Shown here in pieces: positions 8,447 through 17,241 of a DNA stretch of 32,000 bases. The stretch comes from Paraburkholderia sp. (lineage in GTDB: Bacteria > Pseudomonadota > Gammaproteobacteria > Burkholderiales > Burkholderiaceae). Each line of letters begins with the position of its first letter. The first letter of the stretch is position 1. The stretch covers positions 8,263 through 40,262 of the forward strand of contig DATJJN010000015.1 in the NCBI GenBank assembly GCA_035492135.1. Reading direction: 5' to 3'. The notes under the pieces were generated by a model. The model had not been told where the DNA came from. It did no database searches and saw nothing but the letters and a program-made list of their open reading frames with translations. The translations under genes and the position numbers were made by a program.

Positions 8447-8467
8447 GTTTCACCTGTGTTTCACCTG
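8447..8467. repeat. Exact tandem direct repeat GTTTCACCTG-T-GTTTCACCTG (11-bp period); candidate regulator site
   Basis: Read directly: 8447-8456 and 8458-8467 are identical 10-mers. The opposite strand reads GTGAAAC-N4-GTGAAAC. The repeat sits in the 317-bp gap between the divergent small genes starting at 8293 (minus) and 8611 (plus). Confidence 0.6.
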
Positions 8468-8610
8468 AGCGTCGCGTGCGCTCCTAGACTGCTACTCACG
8501 CCACGTTCACCAGTTCGCCATTGAACGCTGCGCGAGCGTCCCCACATGCGGCGGACAGCCGCGACGTCGCGACCTCCATTGACTCGATACAAGCCACAAG
8601 AAAACCTGCC

Positions 8611-8865
8611 ATGAAACAACGCACCCTCCAGACCGCCCTGATCGCCGCCGCTTTCGCCTTCGGCGCCTCCGCCTCCGCCCATGCCGCCGGCTGCATGAAG
8701 GGCGCAGTCGTCGGCGGCGTCGCCGGTCATTACGCCGGGCATCACGCGGTGGCCGGCGCGCTCGGCGGCTGCATCGTCGGCCACCATCTCGCGAAGAAGC
8801 ACGCCGAAGAAGCGGCCGCGCAACGCCAGATGGCAGCCGACGGCGCACGTCCGGCGCAGCAGTAA
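8611..8865 (+). CDS. Small secreted or lipid-anchored glycine-zipper protein, His-rich
   Basis: Signal peptide MKQRTLQTALIAAAFAFGASASAHAAGC allows either AHA-A signal peptidase I cleavage or a weak AAGC lipobox. The mature part contains GAVVGGVAGHYAGHHAVAGALGGCIVGHH (GxxxG zipper, six His, two Cys). The start is taken at the ATG at 8611, not the track start at 8521. Confidence 0.7.
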   Translation: MKQRTLQTALIAAAFAFGASASAHAAGCMKGAVVGGVAGHYAGHHAVAGALGGCIVGHHLAKKHAEEAAAQRQMAADGARPAQQ

Positions 8866-8927
8866 CCGCCGCCTGCTGCCCAACACGGCAACACTTCAAC
8901 GCAAGCTTCCCGAACGCTGGAATCCCC

Positions 8928-9401
8928 GTGAAAAACAAGACGCGTCATCCCAAGCAACCGTCGATGTCCCCGCTGCTGCGCGCGCTGACGTACACCCGCA
9001 CCGCGCACGGTCCCGTCACCGACGCGATGCTGCTGCAGGCGTACGCGGCGCTCGACGCCTTCCGTCGCGCGCACGGCTCGCGCGAGCTGTTCGGCACGCT
9101 CGCGCGCTATCTGCTGATCGCCGAAGAGCTTGCGCGGCTCGGCCACTACGCCGACACGCTCGCCGACGTCAAACGCGCTCATGCGGCGATGGTCGCGCTC
9201 GACGCGAGCGAGCCGGCCAGCGGCGCGTGGCGTGTGGAAGACGGCGAATACGCGCCGCTTTGCACCGCGCTCGCGATCCTCGACGCGCAACTGGCCGACG
9301 CGTCGTTGAGCGACATCGCGATGGCCGAGACGCGCATGGTCGAAGGTCTGCTGAAAGCGGACGGCGCGCGCCAGCGCGTCGCCGAAGCCGCGCTGCGCTG
9401 A
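8928..9401 (+). CDS. Hypothetical protein (predicted all-alpha, no recognisable motif)
   Basis: A 157-codon ORF with strongly G/C-biased third positions, typical of real genes in this window. The start is ambiguous between the GTG at 8928 and the ATG at 8964. A GC hairpin (CCGGGCG..CGCCCGG, about 9419-9439) follows the stop. Confidence 0.6.
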   Translation: MKNKTRHPKQPSMSPLLRALTYTRTAHGPVTDAMLLQAYAALDAFRRAHGSRELFGTLARYLLIAEELARLGHYADTLADVKRAHAAMVALDASEPASGAWRVEDGEYAPLCTALAILDAQLADASLSDIAMAETRMVEGLLKADGARQRVAEAALR

Positions 9402-9520
9402 CGCGCCAAGCGGCGAAACCCGGGCGACCGCGCGCGCCCGGCGCGCTGACCGCGCCGCAACGTGCTCCGTTATGATGGTCGAAGCCGGCAAGCCGACCGG
9501 CATCAGACACGGAGACACGG

Positions 9521-10585
9521 ATGCCAATGCAGATGCGTTGTTTTTGCGTGACCCACCACGGAGCGCCGCTGGAACTCGTCACCCGGCCCGTCCCGCAGCC
9601 GAAGGGCACCGAAGTGCTGCTGCGCGTGAAGGCGGCGGGGCTGTGCCACTCGGATCTGCATATCTGGGAGGGCTATTACGACCTCGGCGGCGGCAAGAAG
9701 CTGTCGCTCGCCGACCGCGGCATCCGGCTGCCGCTGATACCGAGTCACGAGATCGTCGGCGAGATCGTCGAAGCCGGCCCCGACGCGGGCCTCGTCGACA
9801 TCGGCGCGACGGCGGCCGTGCATCCGTGGATCGGCTGCGGCGCGTGCGCGGCCTGCGGGCGCGGCGAGGAAAACCTCTGTGCGAAGCCGCAGTCGCTCGG
9901 CGTGCTGCGCGACGGCGGCTTCGCCGACTACGTGATCGTTCAGCATCCGCGCTATCTGGTGGATCTCGGCGGCCTCGATCCGGCCCGTGTCGCGCCGCTC
10001 GCGTGCGCGGGCGAGACCACCTATAGCGCGCTCCGGAAATTCGGCTCGCGTGTGCATGAAGGGACGGTCGTCGTGATCGGCGCGGGCGGACTCGGGCTGA
10101 TGGCGATCGAGGTGCTGAAAGCGCTCGGAGGCAAAGGCGCGATCGTCGTCGACATCGACGCCGGCAAGCGCGACGCGGCGCTCGCGGCCGGCGCGCTCGC
10201 CGCGATCGATGCGCGTGCACCGGACGCCGCGAAGCAGATCATCGACGCCACCGGCGGCGGCGCGCGCGCGGTGCTCGACCTCGTCGGCGCGACGCCGACC
10301 GTCACGCTCGCGCTCGATTCGTGCGCGCGCGGCGGCCACGTGGTGATCGTCGGGCTGATGGGCGGCGACATCACGCTGTCGCTGCCGGTCATTCCGATGA
10401 AGCCGCTGAAAATCGAAGGCAGTTATACCGGCACGCTCGACGATCTGCGCGCGCTCGTCGCGCTGACGCGCGAAGGCAAGCTGAAGCCGCCGACCGTGTC
10501 GAGCCGTCCGCTCGCGCAGGCGAACGACGCGCTGCAGGCGTTGCTGCACGGCGAGGTCGTCGGGCGGACGGTGCTGCTGCCCTGA
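9521..10585 (+). CDS. Zinc-binding alcohol dehydrogenase (medium-chain dehydrogenase/reductase family)
   Basis: Catalytic-zinc motif GLCHSDLH, the structural-zinc Cys cluster CGACAACGRGEENLC, and the Rossmann motif VIGAGGLG. GGAGA lies 5 nt before the ATG. Confidence 0.92.
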   Translation: MPMQMRCFCVTHHGAPLELVTRPVPQPKGTEVLLRVKAAGLCHSDLHIWEGYYDLGGGKKLSLADRGIRLPLIPSHEIVGEIVEAGPDAGLVDIGATAAVHPWIGCGACAACGRGEENLCAKPQSLGVLRDGGFADYVIVQHPRYLVDLGGLDPARVAPLACAGETTYSALRKFGSRVHEGTVVVIGAGGLGLMAIEVLKALGGKGAIVVDIDAGKRDAALAAGALAAIDARAPDAAKQIIDATGGGARAVLDLVGATPTVTLALDSCARGGHVVIVGLMGGDITLSLPVIPMKPLKIEGSYTGTLDDLRALVALTREGKLKPPTVSSRPLAQANDALQALLHGEVVGRTVLLP

Positions 10586-10613
10586 CCGTTCGACCGATCG
10601 CGCAGTCCCGTCG

Positions 10614-10647
10614 CGCACGCGGAAGCTTGCCGCACGTTCCGCGTGCG
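10614..10647. terminator. Hairpin between convergent genes (possible bidirectional terminator)
   Basis: Perfect 11-bp stem CGCACGCGGAA (10614-10624) / TTCCGCGTGCG (10637-10647) with a 12-nt loop. It lies between the ADH stop (10585) and the LLM monooxygenase stop (10656). An A3 run follows on the plus strand, with no long U-tract on either strand. Confidence 0.5.
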
Positions 10648-10655
10648 AAAGACGC

Positions 10656-12026
10656 CTACACCGCTGCTGCCGCCTGTGCCTCGTCCTCGCGCACGTACCG
10701 CGATAACGGCCGCTTGAGCCCAAGGTTCTCGCGCAGCGTCGTGCCCTCGTATTCGCTGCGGAACAGTCCGCGCCGTCGCAGCTCCGGCAGCACCAGTTCG
10801 ATGAAATCGTTCAGCGAATCGGGCAGCAACGCCGGCATCACGTTGTAGCCATCCGCGCCGTAGTTGACGAAGCGCTCTTCGAGCGCGTCCGCGATTTGCG
10901 CGGGCGTGCCGACGACCTGCCAGTGTCCGCGCGCGCCCGCAATGCGCAGATACAACTCGCGGATCGTCAGGTTCTCGCGCCGCGCCAGGTCGAGGGTCAG
11001 CAACTGGCGGCTCTTGCTCGCGTTCGTCTCCGGCAGCTCGGGAATCGGCCCGTCGAGCGGATAGCCGGACAGATCGAAACCGCCCGTCAGCGTGGACACC
11101 ATCGCAAGCCCGACTGCCGGATCGATCAGCGCCTGCAGCTCCGCGAATTTCTCGCGCGCCTCGCTCTCTGTGCGGCCGACGATCGGCATCACGCCCGGCA
11201 TGATCTTCAGGTCGTCGGGTTCGCGGCCGTGCTGCGCGAGCCGCCCCTTCACGTCGGCGTAGAACGCGACGGCGTCGGCGGTCGTCTGCTGCGCGGTGAA
11301 GATCACTTCCGCCGTGCGCGCCGCGAGCGCCTTGCCGGCCTCCGACGACCCCGCCTGCACGACCACCGGATGCCCCTGCGGCGCGCGTGCGACGTTCAGC
11401 GGCCCGCGCACCTTGAAGAATTCGCCGCGATGGTTCAGCACGTGGCGCTTCGCAGGATCGAAGAAGCGTCCGGCCGCCTTGTCGCGCACGAACGCGTCTT
11501 CGTCCCAGCTGTCCCACAGGCCGCTGACGACGTCCGCGAATTCGGTCGCGCGCTCGTAGCGCTGCGCGTGCGCGAGGTGTTCGTCGAAATTGAAATTCTT
11601 CGCTTCGTGCTCGCTCGACGACGTGACGAGATTCCATCCCGCGCGGCCGCCGCTGATGTGATCGAGCGACGCGAACTTGCGCGCAATGTGATACGGCTCG
11701 TTGAACGTGGTGGACGCGGTGCCGACGAGACCGATGTTCTCCGTCACCGCCGCGAGCGCCGACAGCAGCGTGAGCGGCTCGAACTGCGCGACATAGCTGT
11801 GCGCGGTGCGGCTCAGGAAATCGACGTTGTCGCCGCGCGTGCCGGAACCGTCCGCGAGAAACACGAGGTCGAACTTCGCGGCCTCGGCCGCCTTCGCGAG
11901 CTGCACGTAGTGGCGGAAGTTGCTGCCCGCATCGGCGAGCGCATGCGGATGACGCCACGCGGCGACGTGATGTCCGGTCGGATACAGAAAGGCGCCGAGG
12001 CGCAGGTGTCCTGTGCGTTGACTCAT
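10656..12026 (-). CDS. LLM-class flavin-dependent monooxygenase, NtaA/SnaA/DszA (nitrilotriacetate monooxygenase component A) family
   Basis: Family-typical blocks are LGAFLYPTGHH, FEPLTLLSALAAVTENIGLVGTASTTFNEPYHIARKFASLDHISGGRAGWNLVTS, VVVQAGSSEAGK and PELRRRGLFRSEYEGTTLRENLGL. The start is taken at the ATG at 12026 (MSQRTGHLRLGAF), with GAAGGAAA upstream. Confidence 0.9.
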   Translation of the reverse strand: MSQRTGHLRLGAFLYPTGHHVAAWRHPHALADAGSNFRHYVQLAKAAEAAKFDLVFLADGSGTRGDNVDFLSRTAHSYVAQFEPLTLLSALAAVTENIGLVGTASTTFNEPYHIARKFASLDHISGGRAGWNLVTSSSEHEAKNFNFDEHLAHAQRYERATEFADVVSGLWDSWDEDAFVRDKAAGRFFDPAKRHVLNHRGEFFKVRGPLNVARAPQGHPVVVQAGSSEAGKALAARTAEVIFTAQQTTADAVAFYADVKGRLAQHGREPDDLKIMPGVMPIVGRTESEAREKFAELQALIDPAVGLAMVSTLTGGFDLSGYPLDGPIPELPETNASKSRQLLTLDLARRENLTIRELYLRIAGARGHWQVVGTPAQIADALEERFVNYGADGYNVMPALLPDSLNDFIELVLPELRRRGLFRSEYEGTTLRENLGLKRPLSRYVREDEAQAAAAV

Positions 12027-12212
12027 GATCGGGCGGTTTCCTTCGATGCCGGCTGGCAGACGTGAACCGGCACATTGTCCCGTGCGCGGCCTCACGCGGC
12101 CACGAAGAAATCCGCAGATCGTTATGCAACGCGACGCTAACGCGCGAGCCGGCGTGCCTGCGACGTCACGCAGACAGGCAAGCTCGCGCGCCGTGTCGCT
12201 ACAGGCTCGGGC

Positions 12213-13208
12213 TCAGCGTGCCGCGTCGCCCCAGCGGTATTCGACGGTTGCTTCGTCGAGTTGCGCCTTCAGTTCCGGGGCGAGCACGAAGTCGGCCGCG
12301 GCAAGCGACGCGTCGAGCTGGTCCGGGCGGCTCGCGCCGAGCAGCACCGACGTGATCGCGGGATTCGCGAGCACCCACGCGATCGACGTCGTGATCAGCG
12401 ACTGGCCCGCCGCGTCGACGATGCCGCGCAGCTTTTCCACCGTCTCGAATTCGCGGTCGTGCCAGTAGCGATCGCTATACATCGAACCGGCCTTGCCGAC
12501 GCTCTGCGTGAAGCGTCCTTCGGACGGCCTCGCGTCGCGCCGGTACTTGCCGGTCAGAAGACCGCCCGCGAGCGGGTTGTACGGAATCACCGCGAGTTGT
12601 TCTTCGCTCGCGAGCGGCAGCAATTCGCGCTCGATCTGGCGGAACAGCAGGTTGTAGCGCGGCTGCACCGACACGAAGCGAGCGGTGCGCAGCACGTCCG
12701 CGCGGCCGAGCGCGCGTGCGAGCCGGTACGCGAGATAGTTCGACACGCCGATATAGCGCGCCTTGCCCGAGCGGACGATCGTGTCGAGCGCTTCGAGCGT
12801 CTCGTCGATCGGCGTGTCGCGATCGTCGAAGTGCAACTGGTACAGGTCGACGTAATCGGTGCCGAGACGGCGCAGCGAGTTGTCGATTGCATCGAGCAGG
12901 TGCTTGCGCGATGCGCCCTGGTCCCACGCCGACGGACCGACCTTGCCGCACGCCTTCGTCGCGACGATGAAGCGCTCGCGCCGGCCCTTCAGCCAGCGCC
13001 CGACGATCTCCTCGGTGCGGCCGGTCACTTCGACGTCGGCGCCGAGCGGATACATGTCTGCCGTGTCGATGAAATTCACGCCGGCGTCGGCGGCCTTGTC
13101 GAGAATCTGGCGCGACACGCTCTCTTCGGTCTGCAGGCCGAACGTCATCGTGCCGAGGGTGAGACACGATACGGTGAGACCGGTGTTGCCGAACTTGCGG
13201 TATTGCAT
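12213..13208 (-). CDS. Aldo/keto reductase
   Basis: MQYRKFGNTGLTVSCLTLGTMTFG, NFIDTADMY, LGTDYVDLYQLH and IGVSN are typical AKR (Tas/YajO-like) blocks. Length is 331 aa. Confidence 0.92.
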   Translation of the reverse strand: MQYRKFGNTGLTVSCLTLGTMTFGLQTEESVSRQILDKAADAGVNFIDTADMYPLGADVEVTGRTEEIVGRWLKGRRERFIVATKACGKVGPSAWDQGASRKHLLDAIDNSLRRLGTDYVDLYQLHFDDRDTPIDETLEALDTIVRSGKARYIGVSNYLAYRLARALGRADVLRTARFVSVQPRYNLLFRQIERELLPLASEEQLAVIPYNPLAGGLLTGKYRRDARPSEGRFTQSVGKAGSMYSDRYWHDREFETVEKLRGIVDAAGQSLITTSIAWVLANPAITSVLLGASRPDQLDASLAAADFVLAPELKAQLDEATVEYRWGDAAR

Positions 13209-13425
13209 CGAAGAACTCCTTCGTGTGTTTGTCGTGACGGTCGTCGAAGCATAGCGCTTTACCGCCGCTCCGGCTGGGCGCGCCGCGATCCGCTTACAGC
13301 CGCGTAAGTGCGCGGCATGCGCAGCGCGCGAGTGACAGTCGGCCGGCCTGCGAGCCCCGATGCGCCGGCTCTACAATCGCAGATCATTCGTCGCGGAAAT
13401 CACGATGCCGGGAGTTCACACGTTC

Positions 13426-13683
13426 ATGAAGCCCCTTTGCCTCGCAGCGGCCCTCGCGTTGTCGGTCGCCGGCTGCGCGTCGACCCCGCCTGCGAACGAT
13501 CAGGCCGCCCGCCCGGCGCCGGACGACACGCACACCTACATCCTGCACACGCCCACCGCGACGACGGCAGGCAACGCGTCGTCGCGGCCGCCGAGGCTCA
13601 CCGTCGGCACGAGCTACCCGGACACGCAACTGATCCTGCCGTGGTTCCTCAACGACATCATCGATTTCGTGAACTACCGCTAG
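13426..13683 (+). CDS. Small lipoprotein (hypothetical, 85 aa)
   Basis: MKPLCLAAALALSVAGCAS contains the lipobox SVAGC. A Pro/Thr/Ala-rich linker is followed by a short C-terminal segment LILPWFLNDIIDFVNYR. The start is taken at the ATG at 13426 rather than the track start at 13360. Confidence 0.7.
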   Translation: MKPLCLAAALALSVAGCASTPPANDQAARPAPDDTHTYILHTPTATTAGNASSRPPRLTVGTSYPDTQLILPWFLNDIIDFVNYR

Positions 13684-13835
13684 CGGTCGACTGATACTTT
13701 TTCCGACCTGATGACGGCGGAAAAATATATTGGACGTCTCACCGGCTGTCTTGCATCATTCGGCGATCCCGACGTCCGCCGCGCGAGATGTTCGGGCACA
13801 TCACGCCAAAATCCGACCCCATACATAGGAACACG

Positions 13836-15698
13836 ATGCCTGAATATCGTTCGCGAACTTCGACGCATGGCCGCAACATGGCCGGCGCCCGCGCGCTGTG
13901 GCGCGCCACCGGCATGAAAGACGGCGACTTCGGCAAGCCGATCATCGCGGTGGTGAACTCGTTCACCCAGTTCGTGCCGGGCCACGTCCATCTGCGCGAT
14001 CTCGGCGCGATCGTCGCGAAAGAGATCGAAGCGGCCGGCGGCGTCGCGAAGGAATTCAACACGATCGCGGTCGACGACGGCATCGCGATGGGTCACGGCG
14101 GCATGCTGTATTCGCTGCCGTCGCGCGAACTGATCGCCGACTCGGTCGAATACATGGTCAACGCGCACTGTGCCGACGCGATGGTCTGCATCTCCAATTG
14201 CGACAAGATCACCCCGGGCATGCTGATGGCCGCGATGCGCCTGAACATCCCGGTCGTGTTCGTGTCCGGCGGCCCGATGGAAGCCGGCAAGGTCAAGTCG
14301 CCGACGGACGGCCAGGTGATCGCGAAGATCGACCTGATCGACGCGATGATCAAGGCCGCGGACTCGAAGGTCACCGACGCCGAAGTCGCGGAAATCGAGC
14401 GCAGCGCGTGCCCGACTTGCGGCTCGTGCTCGGGCATGTTCACCGCGAACTCGATGAACTGCCTGACCGAGGCGATCGGCCTCGCGCTGCCCGGCAACGG
14501 CACGATCGTCGCGACGCACGCGTGGCGCCGCGGCCTGTTCGAACAGGCCGGCAGCCTGATCGTCGACCTGTGCCGCCGCTACTATCTGGAAGAGGACGCA
14601 TCGGTCCTGCCGCGCAACATCGCGACGAAGAAGGCGTTCGAGAACGCGATGACGCTCGACGTCGCGATGGGCGGCTCGACCAACACCGTGCTGCACCTGC
14701 TGGCCGCCGCGCAGGAAGCGGGCGTCGATTTCACGATGTCCGACATCGACCGCATCTCGCGCAACGTGCCGTGCCTGTGCAAGGCCGCGCCCGCGACCGA
14801 CAAGTACCACATCGAAGACGTGCACCGCGCCGGCGGCATTCTCGGCATTCTCGGCGAGCTGGCCCGCGCGGAACTGCTCGACCTGTCGTGCGGCAACGTG
14901 CATAGCGGCACGCTCGGCAACGCGATCGCGAAGTGGGACATCGCGGGCGGCGCCGGCGACGAAGCGAAGAAGTTCTTCAGCGCGGCGCCCGGCGGCATTC
15001 CGACGACCGTCGCGTTCAGCCAGGAAGCGACGTTCACGTCGCTCGACACGAACCGCGAAACCGGCTGTATCCGCGACAAGCAGCACGCTTACACGAAGGA
15101 CGGCGGCCTCGCGGTGCTGTACGGCAACCTCGCGGAGAAAGGCTGCATCGTGAAGACCGCGGGCGTCGACGAATCGCAGTGGGTGTTCTCGGGCCGCGCG
15201 CGCGTGTTCGAAAGCCAGGAAGACGCGGTCGATGCGATTCTCGGCGACAAGATCGTCGCGGGCGACGTCGTCGTGATCCGCTACGAAGGTCCGAAGGGCG
15301 GCCCCGGCATGCAGGAGATGCTGTACCCGACGTCGTATCTGAAGTCGAAGGGCCTCGGCAAGTCGTGCGCGCTGTTCACCGACGGCCGCTTCTCGGGCGG
15401 CTCGTCGGGTCTCGTGATCGGCCATGCGTCGCCCGAGGCGGCGGAAGGCGGCACGATCGGCCTCGTCGAGGAAGGCGACGTGATCGAGATCCACATCCCG
15501 ACGCGCAAGATGCACCTCGCGGTGTCCGACGACGAACTGGCCCGCCGTCGCGCGGCGATGGAAGCGCGCGGCCACGACGCGTGGACGCCGGTCAAGCGCG
15601 AACGCGTCGTGTCGCAGGCGCTGCAGGCGTATGCCGCGCTCGCGACGTCGGCCGATCGCGGCGCGGTGCGCGACCTGTCGCAATTGAAGCGCAAGTGA
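13836..15698 (+). CDS. ilvD: Dihydroxy-acid dehydratase
   Basis: [56 protein letters not shown] and RFSGG are IlvD hallmarks. The product is 620 aa from the ATG at 13836, with AGGAA upstream. Confidence 0.97.
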   Translation: MPEYRSRTSTHGRNMAGARALWRATGMKDGDFGKPIIAVVNSFTQFVPGHVHLRDLGAIVAKEIEAAGGVAKEFNTIAVDDGIAMGHGGMLYSLPSRELIADSVEYMVNAHCADAMVCISNCDKITPGMLMAAMRLNIPVVFVSGGPMEAGKVKSPTDGQVIAKIDLIDAMIKAADSKVTDAEVAEIERSACPTCGSCSGMFTANSMNCLTEAIGLALPGNGTIVATHAWRRGLFEQAGSLIVDLCRRYYLEEDASVLPRNIATKKAFENAMTLDVAMGGSTNTVLHLLAAAQEAGVDFTMSDIDRISRNVPCLCKAAPATDKYHIEDVHRAGGILGILGELARAELLDLSCGNVHSGTLGNAIAKWDIAGGAGDEAKKFFSAAPGGIPTTVAFSQEATFTSLDTNRETGCIRDKQHAYTKDGGLAVLYGNLAEKGCIVKTAGVDESQWVFSGRARVFESQEDAVDAILGDKIVAGDVVVIRYEGPKGGPGMQEMLYPTSYLKSKGLGKSCALFTDGRFSGGSSGLVIGHASPEAAEGGTIGLVEEGDVIEIHIPTRKMHLAVSDDELARRRAAMEARGHDAWTPVKRERVVSQALQAYAALATSADRGAVRDLSQLKRK

Positions 15699-15720
15699 CA
15701 CGCCGATAACGCGTGACAGC

Positions 15721-15745
15721 GCCCGGCCGGCGGCGTCGGCCGGGC
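15721..15745 (+). terminator. GC-rich hairpin downstream of ilvD (weak terminator or transcript-stabilising stem)
   Basis: Perfect 9-bp stem GCCCGGCCG (15721-15729) / CGGCCGGGC (15737-15745) with a 7-nt loop. No U-tract follows, and the next gene starts only 30 nt later, so read-through is plausible. Confidence 0.35.
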
Positions 15746-15774
15746 TCGCAGCAACACAAGAACAAGGAATAGCG

Positions 15775-16998
15775 ATGAGTTGGGCCGAGTTCCGCCAGGC
15801 CTGCCTGGTCAGATTCTGGACGCCGCTGCCCGCCGTGATCGCGGCGGGCGTCCTTTCGGCGCTGTATTTCGGGCTCACGGGGACGTTCTGGGCCGTGACG
15901 GGCGAGTTCACGCGCTGGGGCGGCGAACTGCTGCAAGTGTTCGGCCTGCATCCCGAAACGTGGGGCTACTTCAGGATCATCGGACTCGAAGGCACGCCGT
16001 TGACGCGTGTCGACGGCGTAATGGTGCTCGGCATGTTCGCGGGCAGTCTCGCGTCGGCGCTCTGGGCGAGCAACGTGAAGCTGCGTCTGCCGCGACGCAA
16101 GCGCCGCATCGTGCAGGCGCTCGTCGGCGGCGCGATCGCCGGATTCGGCGCCCGTCTCGCGATGGGCTGCAACCTTGCCGCGTTCTTCACCGGCATCCCG
16201 CAGTTCTCGCTGCACGCCTGGTTCTTCGCCCTGTCGACGCTCGTCGGCTCTTACTTCGGCACGCGCGTCGCCCTGCTGCCGGCGCTGCGCGCCGACGTCA
16301 AGCTCGTGCGCGCGCCGGCGAGCGGTGCGTCTGCCGCCCTTCGCGCCGCGCCGGCGCACTGGCAGTTCCGCGTAGGCGTGCTCGTCTTTTGCGTGGCGGT
16401 GGCGGCGGCGCTCGGTCTCGCATCGAGCGCGATGAAGCTCGGGCTCGCCGCGCTGTTCGGCCTTGCGTTCGGCATCCTGATCGAACGCGCGCAGATCTGC
16501 TTCACGTCCGCGTTCCGCGACATGTGGATCACCGGCCGTACCACGATGGCGCGAGCGATCGTGCTCGGGATGGCGGCGAGCGCGATCGGTATCTTCAGCT
16601 ACGTCCAGCTCGGCGTCGCGCCGAAGATCCTGTGGGCGGGACCGAATGCGATCATCGGCGGCGTGCTGTTCGGTTTCGGCATCGTCGTGGCCGGCGGCTG
16701 CGAAACGGGCTGGATGTATCGCTCGATGGAAGGACAGGTGCACTACTGGTTCGTCGGCATCGGCAACATCGCCGGCGCGACGGTGCTGGCCGCGCTGTGG
16801 GATCGCATCGGACCGCCGCTCGCGACCTCGTGGCCGAAGGTCAACCTGCTCGAGACGTTCGGGCCGCTCGGCGGGCTCGCGCTGACCTATGCGGGCCTCG
16901 CGCTCGGGTTCGCGCTGTTGCTGTGGTGGGAAAAGGCGTTCGTCGCGCGCCGCTCGCGCGCACCAGCGTACGCCGAATCGAAAGAGGCATTGCGATGA
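15775..16998 (+). CDS. YeeE/YedE-family inner-membrane transporter (thiosulfate / sulfur-compound uptake family)
   Basis: A polytopic membrane protein with the duplicated family motifs GCNLAAFFTG and GGCETGWMY, each containing a conserved Cys. AAGGAA lies upstream of the ATG. Confidence 0.85.
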   Translation: MSWAEFRQACLVRFWTPLPAVIAAGVLSALYFGLTGTFWAVTGEFTRWGGELLQVFGLHPETWGYFRIIGLEGTPLTRVDGVMVLGMFAGSLASALWASNVKLRLPRRKRRIVQALVGGAIAGFGARLAMGCNLAAFFTGIPQFSLHAWFFALSTLVGSYFGTRVALLPALRADVKLVRAPASGASAALRAAPAHWQFRVGVLVFCVAVAAALGLASSAMKLGLAALFGLAFGILIERAQICFTSAFRDMWITGRTTMARAIVLGMAASAIGIFSYVQLGVAPKILWAGPNAIIGGVLFGFGIVVAGGCETGWMYRSMEGQVHYWFVGIGNIAGATVLAALWDRIGPPLATSWPKVNLLETFGPLGGLALTYAGLALGFALLLWWEKAFVARRSRAPAYAESKEALR

Positions 16999-17234
16999 CC
17001 GACGCACACAAGCAACCCGATTTCCTGCTGGATATGAGCGGCGAGCCGTGCCCGTACCCGGTCGTCGCGATGCTCGAAGCGATGCAGGCGCTCGAAGGCG
17101 GCCAGGTGCTCGAAGTGCTCGCCGACTGCCCGCAGTCGATCAACAGCATTCCGGGCGATGCGCAACGGGCCGGCTATCGCGTGCTGAAGGTCGAGCAGCA
17201 AGGGCCGTCGATCCGTTACTGGATCGAGCGCTGA
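16995..17234 (+). CDS. TusA/SirA-family sulfurtransferase (YeeD-like partner of YeeE)
   Basis: A 79-aa product with the family motif CPYP in DMSGEPCPYPVV. Its ATG overlaps the upstream stop (ATGA at 16995-16998), indicating translational coupling. Confidence 0.85.
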   Translation: MTDAHKQPDFLLDMSGEPCPYPVVAMLEAMQALEGGQVLEVLADCPQSINSIPGDAQRAGYRVLKVEQQGPSIRYWIER

Positions 17235-17241
17235 AACGGCG

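Noticed and set aside
13698-13725. Hairpin TTTTTCCG..CGGAAAAA between the lipoprotein gene and ilvD, considered as a terminator or ilv leader-attenuator
   Set aside because: The 8-bp A/T-rich stem with a 12-nt loop is weak. No leader peptide rich in Ile/Leu/Val codons is present upstream of ilvD, so an attenuator call is unsupported.
13680-15911. 743-aa minus-strand ORF
   Set aside because: It is antisense to ilvD, has no motifs and is a shadow ORF. The same reasoning applies to 15592-17007(-), 17937-19820(-), 19627-21366(-), 21131-23020(-), 24561-26186(+), 29734-31824(-), 29757-31709(+) and the other Arg-rich overlapping ORFs in the track.
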